The notes beneath the pieces were generated by a model, which saw nothing but the letters and a program-made list of their open reading frames with translations, ran no database searches and was not told the DNA's origin. The position numbers were made by a program, and so were the translations under genes. From positions 806,001 through 870,000 of the forward strand of contig JANHCV010000006.1 of NCBI GenBank assembly GCA_025594325.1: 64,000 bases of DNA, given 5' to 3'. Positions 22,782 to 31,259 of this stretch are shown here, piece after piece. The DNA comes from Blastocladiella emersonii ATCC 22665. Taxonomy: Eukaryota; Fungi; Blastocladiomycota. How positions within the stretch are numbered: position 1 is the first letter of the stretch; each line of letters starts with the position of its first letter.

Positions 22782-24721
22782 ATGATGCACGCGCGCCGGC
22801 CCTCGTCCATGACCGTCACGGCGGCCCTCGCCGTCGTCGCCGTGGCCGTGCTCCTGGCCACGACCGCGAGCCCCGCGCTCGCTACGTCGTGCCGCTCGGA
22901 CAACGACTGCGACCGGTCGAGCTTCGGGAGTACGTTGATCCGCCGCCGACCTCGCCCCGACGGCCGCGAACTCACCCCCTCACCCTTCGTGTAGACGAGT
23001 TCCGCTGCGGCCCGAACCGCATCTGCGTCCCTGAAAGGTGCAACCCCGGGTTCGCGGTGCGGTCGTGCCAGTCGTACGACGCGTCGCTGTACTGCGCCAA
23101 CTTCCAGTGCGTGCCGCGCCCCGGCGAGGGCGGGTTCTGCGACACCTTCGACCCGTTCCAGAAGCAGTGCGTCGACGGGCTCGTGTGCGACGGCGGCCGC
23201 TGTAAGCGCAGTGGCGGTGGCGGCGGCGGTGGGGGTTCGCGCCCGGACCCGCCGCCTGACCCGAAGCCCGTCGATCCACCAAAGCCCGTCGATCCGCCTA
23301 AGCCCGTCGACCCGCCGAGCGGCGGTGGTGGTGGCAGCTCGGGCGGGGGCGGCTCGGGGTCCGGCAACAGCGGGGGCGGGAACAGCAACAACGGTGGTGG
23401 ATCCTCGAGCGGCGGGAACGGCAACAACTCGGGCTCAAACCGCGGCGGGAACAGCAACAACAACAACTCGGGTGGCAACAGCGGCTCGGGCTCGAACGGT
23501 AGCGGCTCCGGCGCGAGCGGCTCCAACAACAACAACGGCGGTAGCGGCAGTAACTCGGGCTCGAGCAACCGCGGGTCCGACGACACCTCGAACAACGGCG
23601 ACGACGACCGTGCCGCGACCACCGTCAACGGCACGCGGATCCCGAGCGCGACGCGCTCGTCCGCGACGATCCCGACGGGTACCACGCGCGGCAGCAGCGG
23701 CAGCAACAACCCGAGCGCGTCGGACGACACGGCCTCGTCGACGTCCAGCACCTCATCCATCTTCAGCAACCCGGCGGTCCTCGTCGGCGGCGCGGCGGCC
23801 GCGGGCGTCGCCGCGACACTGACCATGTTCGTGCTCAAGCAGATGGGCAAGGTCAGCGTGTCGCACAAGAAGGAGTCCAAGGTCGTCTACCACGGCCCCG
23901 GCGGCGGCGCGCAGCAGTCGCAGCAGTTCCAGACGCCACCGCCCGCTCCGGCGCCTGCCCCGGCGCCTGCCCCGGCACCAGCCGCGGTCCAGGCCAACAC
24001 GACGGGGTCGCCGGTGCCGCAGCTGACGCCGGTCTCGACGGGCGACGCTCCCGCGCCGCGACCGTTCATCCCGACGTCGATGGCCGCCATGGACTCGACC
24101 GCGCCTGCGGCTCAGCCGCAGCCCGATCTCACGTACCACACGCTCGGCCGGCCGACGTCGTACACGGTCCCGTACCCGCACCCCGGCGCCTCGTACCCCG
24201 CGGCCACGTACCAGCCGCAGCCGCAGCCGCAGCCGCAGCAGGGCTACGCGTACCCGACCGAGTTCAACACCACCAGCAACCCGGCCGACGGCGCCGGCTA
24301 CCCGCCGACCATGGACGCGTCGTGGGCGCCGATGCACACGCCGCTGCCCATGTCGCCGCCCGTGTACGCGACGGCCCCGCCGCTCGCCACGCCGCCGCCG
24401 CCGCTCGTCGTCACGTCGCCCGCCGACCGCGGCTTGTACGGGACCATGTCGATGCCGCAGCCGACGCCGCTCGGCTCCCACTCGCCGCAGCCGTCGCCGC
24501 TCGCGATGCCGTCCCCGACCCCGATCCCGCCGTCTCCGTCGCACCTGCCCTCGCCGTACCCGATGGCGCCGCCGGTCCTCGAGGCGGTCCCCGGGTACGC
24601 GGCGCAGGGCCCGAGCGGGCCGATCCTCGTCGCGGCGCACGAGACGGGCGGGTCGCTGATCCTCCCGCAGCAGACGCAGTCCCGCACGCAGACGCCCGCG
24701 CAAACGCAGCCACGGGCGTGA
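22782..24721 (+). CDS. Array gene 11: 12-Cys receptor-like protein with PKPVDP repeats, long G/S/N stalk and Pro-rich tail; intron 22930-22994
   Basis: Signal peptide, then CRSDNDCDRSSFG|NEFRCGPNRICVPERC... (very similar to gene 1), (PKPVDP)x3, a TM around VLVGGAAAAGVAATLTMFVL, and a tail with PPVY and MSMPQP. Confidence 0.87.
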
Positions 24722-25102
24722 TGTCGTTGTTGATGATGATGTTTCATAGAATAGCGGGACCTCGGCGGTGCGCGAGCTGGCAGCCACGCGGCCGCGTTTC
24801 ACGCGTGAGAGCGTGTTGCGCCACGGAATCGCGGGCCGACTATTTCAGGGAGGACTTCATTAACGCCTGCGGTTCGGCCCGCGTCGCGTCCGCGCCGGCG
24901 GGGGTGGCTAGTAAAATCATCGGCTGAGACAAAGAGGGAGGGACGTGCAACGTCACGCACACGGCGCGCCGCAGCAGCCAGAAGCTGGTGCCCATCGATG
25001 CTGCCGTGAGCGTTGCCGGATGCCCTTGAAAAGGGCGGAGCGCCGGTGCTCTCTCTCACGATTCGTGTAAGGTAGACAACGACAACGAGCAGACAAGATA
25101 CC

Positions 25103-25720
25103 ATGAAGCCGAGTAGACTGGCAACGACGCGATACCTCACCATGGCCGCCGTCGTGATCGCGACCCTGATCGCCGCGGTCGCGGCCCAGTCGGGCGCCAA
25201 GACGGCGAACCATGCCAGTAACGAGAGTCTGCCGGCACTCCCTCAAGCGTGCAAGACGTCGGCGGACTGCGAGTCGCTCGGAGCGAACATGAACGGTACG
25301 CTGACGCGTTGACCACTTGTCGCCTCGATGGACCGCAGCTCATCGCTTACCTCCCCTCTAGTCTCCCTGATCTGCATGCCCGACACCAAGACGTGCGTCC
25401 CGCGGCTGTGCGCGGTCTCGAGCTTCGCCGACCTTTCCTCATCGCCGACGCGCTCGTGCCCGCTGTTCGACCAGAACACGTTCTGCAACCGCGACAGCGG
25501 CGACGAGTCGGCCTTCACGTGCGTCGTTCGGCGGCCCGTCAGCAGCCCGTGCGATCCGGAAAGCATCGAGTCCATGTGCGCGGCCGGATCCGTGTGCGTG
25601 TCAGGGACGTGTATCCGCAGCGCCAAGGCGGTGCTCGAGTCGTCGCACGGCGCGAAGAGCGCGGCGGGATCATGGATGGCGATGCTGGCGGTTGCGGTGG
25701 GAACGAGTTTGAGTGTATAG
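25103..25720 (+). CDS. Array gene 12: 12-Cys protein ending in a hydrophobic C-terminus (putative GPI anchor, no cytosolic tail); intron 25296-25361
   Basis: Signal peptide, then CKTSADCESLGANMN|VSLICMPDTKTCVPRLC...CVSGTC, with the same phase-1 intron position. Ends SSHGAKSAAGSWMAMLAVAVGTSLSV*. Confidence 0.8.
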
Positions 25721-25761
25721 AATCAAAAGTAGTGGAATCAATCAATCAGAGCGTGTACGAG

Positions 25762-26940
25762 TTACTGAGCGCCTGCCTCGGCGGCGAGCGCAGCGTTGGT
25801 CGCGGGCGCCGTCGCTGGGCGCGGATGCACCGCGGCCACCAACACGGACGTGCCGATCGACGAGACGGGCAGCGAGTTGACGCGGCGGCGGGCGAACCCC
25901 GGCGCCGCCGGCGCGACGGGCGACGCGACCGCGGCGAACCGCGAGCCCATGGTCGGCGACGCGGACGCGAGCCGGCTCGCCTGGTACGGGACGCGCGTGA
26001 ACGTTGACGACGACACGCACGTGGCGCCGCGGTTGTACGGTCCCGTGCCCGTCACCGCCGCCGCCGAGGACCTCGCGGCGAGGACGTGCGTCGGCGACGC
26101 GGGCGTGATGGGCAGGCCCGCGGGGCCCGTGAACTGGAACTGGAACTCGGCGAGCGAGGCGGTCACGATCGGCGGCGGCGGGGGTTTCCGCTTTCGCGCG
26201 TCGCCCGCAGCCGCCGCGGCCGCTGTTGTTGTTGGCGATGCGGATGTCGCGAGCAAGGAGTGTCGCGCGACAGGCACGCGGCGGAAGATCGAGAGCCCGG
26301 TGGGGCCGAGCAGTGCCGCGTCCGAGAACATGGTCATGGGCCCGCCCTTCGGGCGCACGGGCCGGTGCTCGATCCACGCGCGGACCGACTCGATAGCGGC
26401 GGGTTTGCCGTCATCATCTGCGGTAGCCGATCCAGTAGTAGAAGCCGATGGGCTCTGCGCGGCAGCGGAGCCCGCGGAGGGCGGTGGCGACGGGAGCGTC
26501 GAGTCCGCGGCAGTGCGCCGGCGCTTGGACGCGCGGTCCGGCGACGCGGGCGCGTCCTCGTCGTCGGACCCGGGAATGTCGTTCACGAGCACGTCGGCCA
26601 GTCGCTTCCCAGAGCGGTTCCGTTTCGGCCGAGCAGGAGCGGCAGGGGCGGATTCGGGCGCAGCCTCCTCAGCTACCGCTGCCGGTGCCGCCGGCGCGTC
26701 GCCCTTGCCCGCCTTGGCCTTACTGCGCGTCGTGACGCCCAGGGTGCCGGGCCACGCGAGCCCCGTCGCGAGCCGGCGCTTGGCGCCGCGGACCGTCGCG
26801 GGCGAGTCGGGCGCGGGCACATTGCGCGGAGTGACGAGCTTGGGTCCGGGTTTCGCGGCAGCGGGAGCGGTCGCGGGCGCGGCTGCAGCCGCTCGAGTGG
26901 AGGCGCGGGTTGAAGTCATGGTGGTGGCGGTGCGTTGCAT
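25762..26940 (-). CDS. Hypothetical low-complexity A/P/S/T-rich protein with basic (NLS-like) patches
   Basis: Open frame with GC3-rich codons from MQRTATTMTS; KRNRSGKR, SKRRR and RKRK clusters. No domain recognised. Confidence 0.65.
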   Translation of the reverse strand: MQRTATTMTSTRASTRAAAAAPATAPAAAKPGPKLVTPRNVPAPDSPATVRGAKRRLATGLAWPGTLGVTTRSKAKAGKGDAPAAPAAVAEEAAPESAPAAPARPKRNRSGKRLADVLVNDIPGSDDEDAPASPDRASKRRRTAADSTLPSPPPSAGSAAAQSPSASTTGSATADDDGKPAAIESVRAWIEHRPVRPKGGPMTMFSDAALLGPTGLSIFRRVPVARHSLLATSASPTTTAAAAAAGDARKRKPPPPPIVTASLAEFQFQFTGPAGLPITPASPTHVLAARSSAAAVTGTGPYNRGATCVSSSTFTRVPYQASRLASASPTMGSRFAAVASPVAPAAPGFARRRVNSLPVSSIGTSVLVAAVHPRPATAPATNAALAAEAGAQ

Positions 26941-27128
26941 GCAGTGGGTTCCTGGCGGATGAGTCGAGGGTAGGGGGAGATGAGTCTGCGGTCGAGTCGA
27001 AATCAACGGACACGCATGGGCGGCGGAACGCGCACGTTTCCGCGGCGCGTCGCGTCGAGGCGCACGGCCCGCGTGAGCGCCTGCCACTCCTGTCGAGCTC
27101 ATCTCGACACGCGTTTCGCGATCACGGA

Positions 27129-28913
27129 CAGGGGTTCTAAGTGGGGTGGTCAAACCTGTGTTGGTGCATCCTACGGCCCCCTCTTCTGGAACAGTGGCTT
27201 GACGGTGGCTTGACGCTCACGCGGGCACGTTCCAGAGCTCCCGCATGTGCGCGGCGCCGCCCACGTAGGCGCGGCGCGACGCGTCTCTCACCTCGCGCGC
27301 ACGATGAACGGCCTCATCGAACGAATACTTTGCTTCAGCTAGCGGCGTGAGAGTAGGTGCACTCAGTTCAAGTCAAGGGCCAAGTGAGCGGCGCCCCTGC
27401 TGCCCAGCGTGAAGGCAAGTGTGCCGCTGCGACCTGAGGGAGGAGTGGCGGCGTGGGATGCCCACAGCTTGGAAAGTAAGCTTGAGTGGTCCTCGTACTA
27501 CACACGGACCGTGCCCTCGAGCGAATCGCCCACGAGGAAGCCTGCGCCAACTGCGGTTGCTGTCGGTATGTGCCGTGGAGCGCGGGAGGTTCAAGCAAGC
27601 GGTTTCGTCTGCGAATCCGCGGGTCTCATTGACGGGATCGAGCGAGAGTTGTTTCACGGAGTACGAGTAAGCGGGCTCAGAACTCGCAGCCGCGTCGGCG
27701 CAAGCTGCAAAGCGCGGGCCGCGGACGCTGAGCTCGCGACGGGCAGTAGGATAGCGAGCGGAAGTACTGCGACGACGAACTATTGAAGTTGACTACATGG
27801 TCCGGGTCGCACCTGCGGCCACGAGCTCTCGACGGCGCGGCCTACACATCATTAATGTAAGCATGTGAGCGTACATGCGCAGCCTGGCGGAAGTGGTGAG
27901 CGGCGCACCTAGGATCTCAACGATCTCTGGTAAAGCCAGCTAAGCGGATGGCCGCGATTCTCAGGCCCGCGCGATGATGATCATTGTCGTACGTCCGCGC
28001 AAACAGCCCACCGTTCGCGACGCGAAGTGTAAGACAAGCAAAATTCCGCGGTGCTGCTGTCCGCGCGGTGCTCGGACCACAAGACGAGCGCTGCACGCGG
28101 GACGGAGCCCTAACGCAAGCGGAACTCGCCGTGTTTGCTGAGGATTGAGCGCTGCGGTAAAAATGAACGAGAGTACCATGGCCTACGGATGATGAGCCGG
28201 CGCATGAAGCACGACGGACGAGTGTTTTATCAATACGACGAGCTGCCGCCGGGACGGAATGTGAAACTTGGAGTCGAAGGTGCCTGAGCTGTGCGCTGAG
28301 CGTGGTGGCCGCCTGATACCTTGCTGTTTAGCAATAGAATCTCATGGGAATCGGACGGTATGGTATCGACCGAGAGCTGAACTTCGTGCGAGGTCGCATA
28401 GAGCACGAAGGTGACGCACTATTGTCGCTGAGTGGGTCATGAACGAGCTGGATGCGATGAACGAGTTCCGCGTCAAGGGTGACTACGTGAGCAGGCTCGC
28501 ACACAGCGTCTGAGCGCTCACATAGACCTTACAAGTGACTATTCAGCGAGCGGCGGTTTACGGAAGCCGGCCTCAAGAGCTCAGCCTGACAGACGCGGCA
28601 TTCCGCATCTGCGGATCGGGCGGGGACACGTAAATCAGCAAGTCATGACGCTGCAGCACGCGTTGCATGGAGTGTGCATGATTAACGAGTACTATTGATG
28701 CCACAGAGCGGCCGTACGGCCATGTGGAGGGGTGTGAGCGCCGGCGCGAGGTGAGAGACGCGTCGCGCCGCGCCCACGTGGGCGGCGCCGCGCACGTGCG
28801 GGAGCTCTGGAACGTGCCCGCGTGAGCGTCAAGCCACCGTCAAGCCACTGTTCCAGAAGAGGGGGCCGTAGGATGCACCAACACAGGTTTGACCACCCCA
28901 CTTAGAACCCCTG
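27129..28913. mobile_element. Non-autonomous DNA transposon, 170-bp TIRs (5'-CAGGGG...CCCCTG-3'), 7-bp TSD TCACGGA (P- or hAT-type)
   Basis: 27129-27298 and 28744-28913 are inverted copies with 2 mismatches. TCACGGA lies at 27122-27128 and 28914-28920, and the TIR contains (GTGGCTTGACG)x2. No transposase ORF inside. Confidence 0.9.
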
Positions 28914-29042
28914 TCACGGAGCTCATCAGCGACGCGTTTTCAACTAGAGACCAAAGATTGCGAAGCAAAGAGCTGAAAAACTGATTTATGATAATAAAAA
29001 ACAGACGAACAAAGAACAACGAAATCGAGGTCGGGGTCCCGC

Positions 29043-31055
29043 TCACGCGACAATGTCCTCCGAGCGCACGTCATCGTACACCTCGACGGTACTCTCGAAC
29101 GCGTCACGGCAGCCGTCGACGAGCTTTCGGCGCTCGATCCACGCCTCCTTCTTCAGGTCGAGCAGGTCGTCGACGAACGCGTTGACGTTGTGCACGATGC
29201 GCACCTCGGTGCGGCTGACAAGCTCGACCGCGACCGTGAACACGGCGTCGCCCGCGCGCGCCACCAGCTCCTTGCGCCCGTCGAGCTCGAGCATCGACCG
29301 CTGGTCGCTGACCGTCGACGCCGTGATCCCGCCGAAAATGTCGCGCAGCTCGCGGTTGCGCAGCACCGACGCCAGCGACCCGTGCACCGTGGCCACGATC
29401 GCGAACACGCGCGTCGAGACCGACCGCGCCGCCTGCGCCTCGCGTCCGTTGCTGATCTCGTCGACCGCCACGACGTCGGGCGTGTGGTTCTGCACGGCCT
29501 CGAGCATCGACTCGTGCTGCAGAGAGCGAGCTGGGACGTGCATGCGGCGGCAGCGGTGCAGCGACGGGTGCGCGACGTCGCCAGGCCCGCCGACCTCGCC
29601 CGACGTGTCGACGATCATCACGTTGCGCCGGCGCCGCGCGAACGACGACGAGCTGGTCTTGTCGCCCTCGCTCAGCCGCGCGCAAATGTCGCGCAGCGTG
29701 TGCGTCTTGCCGGTCCCGGGTCGCCCGACGACGAGGATCGACTCGCCGCGCGCGAGCAGGTCGCGCAGGAGGACCGTCGCGAGGCCCGAGTGCAGCGGCG
29801 CGGCGCGCCCGATGCGAAGCGTCAGGCCGACGGGCGTCTTGTTGTCGCGGCCCGCGATCCACGAGATGCGGTGTAGCTGCCCGTCGATGCCGCCGCGCCG
29901 GTCCGACGAGAAGCTGCGGCTGTTGAAGATCGAGTACAGCATGTCGTGCGTGACGGGACCGAAATCGTCGAGATCCATGACGCCGTCGGGCACGACCGCA
30001 TCGGCGCCGTTCGCGAGTGCCGAAACGTCGAGGTAGCGAAGTCGCGGCGGCATGCCAAGATCGAGCGAGATTTCGTCGAGCTCGTTGATCGGGTCGCCCG
30101 GAAACTCGTCCTCTATGCAATCGCGAAGGTCGTCGGGAAGAAGCGCGAGCAGGTCCTCGACCTCGGCGCGCACCTGGCCGCGGAACTCGGCCTCCTCGGG
30201 ATCGTCGATGTCGGCGGCAAGTTCGGTCACGGCGGAACTGCCGCGCCACTGGAGGCGCGCCGGGTTCGAGGGATTAAAGCGCGCCTGGACCGTGACGTTG
30301 AGAGGAAGCGCGGCATTGGACCAGTCGCGAACGAGCAAGGGATCAAAGATGGAGATGCTCGGAGGCTGCGAAGTTGCGCCATGAATCGGTGACGGAGCAG
30401 CGGGAAATTCGACGAGAGCAGGTTGGGCAGAGAAAGTAGGCTGATCAGCGAGTGCAGGTTGAGCAGGTCGGGCAACGGTAGTCGGCTGAGCTGGTTGAGC
30501 AGCAGGAGCAGGTCGAGCAGCGGGACTCGGTTGAGCATCTCCAGTCGGCTTGGGCAAGGTCGATGGGCCGGAGGAAGTCGGTTCAGTGAGGATAAGGTCA
30601 TTGCGATCAATTCCCTTGAGCACAAAGAGTCGGCCATTTACATCGACTCCAAAGCGGGAAGTGAGAGACGCAGTGAGCTTGCGAAACGAGCGTGTTTGAT
30701 AGCGCATGGCATAATGATATTTGAACTCTTCGTTCAGCTGAGCAAAGGTGCGAGGCCCGTTTTTGTAAAGGTACAGTTGAAGATCGAAGAGCAAAACGCG
30801 ATCCGTGGTAAACTCGAGTATCGATCTCCCCGAACCAAGAGCACGGAGCAGCTGATACCGTTTGGGTTTCTTGGTAGCGAGGCCAAAGATCTGGGGGAAC
30901 GCCGAGGCCAGACCGGCCATGCCACCAAGCGCAAAGTAAAGGGGTCTCGAGCCGAGAAGTGCGTCAAGCTCGCTGGCAGGAAGCGTTTTGTCCTCGGCCT
31001 TGGCCAGGAGTTCGACTGCTGCATTGGCCAAAGTTTGCACTGCGTTGATTTCCAT
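29043..31055 (-). CDS. SpoIIIAA/ycf45-like P-loop (AAA-type) ATPase with divergent N-terminal extension, copy A (670 aa)
   Basis: LDEISLDLGMPPRLRY, QLHRISWI, VGLTLRIGRA, Walker A GRPGTGKT, IVDTSGEVGGPGD, QHESMLEAVQNHTPDVVAVDEI, IVATVHG. Intronless. Confidence 0.85.
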   Translation of the reverse strand: MEINAVQTLANAAVELLAKAEDKTLPASELDALLGSRPLYFALGGMAGLASAFPQIFGLATKKPKRYQLLRALGSGRSILEFTTDRVLLFDLQLYLYKNGPRTFAQLNEEFKYHYAMRYQTRSFRKLTASLTSRFGVDVNGRLFVLKGIDRNDLILTEPTSSGPSTLPKPTGDAQPSPAARPAPAAQPAQPTTVARPAQPALADQPTFSAQPALVEFPAAPSPIHGATSQPPSISIFDPLLVRDWSNAALPLNVTVQARFNPSNPARLQWRGSSAVTELAADIDDPEEAEFRGQVRAEVEDLLALLPDDLRDCIEDEFPGDPINELDEISLDLGMPPRLRYLDVSALANGADAVVPDGVMDLDDFGPVTHDMLYSIFNSRSFSSDRRGGIDGQLHRISWIAGRDNKTPVGLTLRIGRAAPLHSGLATVLLRDLLARGESILVVGRPGTGKTHTLRDICARLSEGDKTSSSSFARRRRNVMIVDTSGEVGGPGDVAHPSLHRCRRMHVPARSLQHESMLEAVQNHTPDVVAVDEISNGREAQAARSVSTRVFAIVATVHGSLASVLRNRELRDIFGGITASTVSDQRSMLELDGRKELVARAGDAVFTVAVELVSRTEVRIVHNVNAFVDDLLDLKKEAWIERRKLVDGCRDAFESTVEVYDDVRSEDIVA

Positions 31056-31259
31056 GGTGTTGATAATGGCGAGAGCTCCAGCAGTGTTCCGGGACGACTA
31101 GCTTCTTATAGTCGCGACTGGGAGGATTCGGTCCGTGTCAAGGTCATGTCCACGGCCATGTCCAGCAGCGGTTCGGATCGGATCACTTCGGCCATCACAC
31201 GCGTCAAACTTATCACGTCAAACAACACGGTAATCAAATTTACAACGAAGCCATCAACC

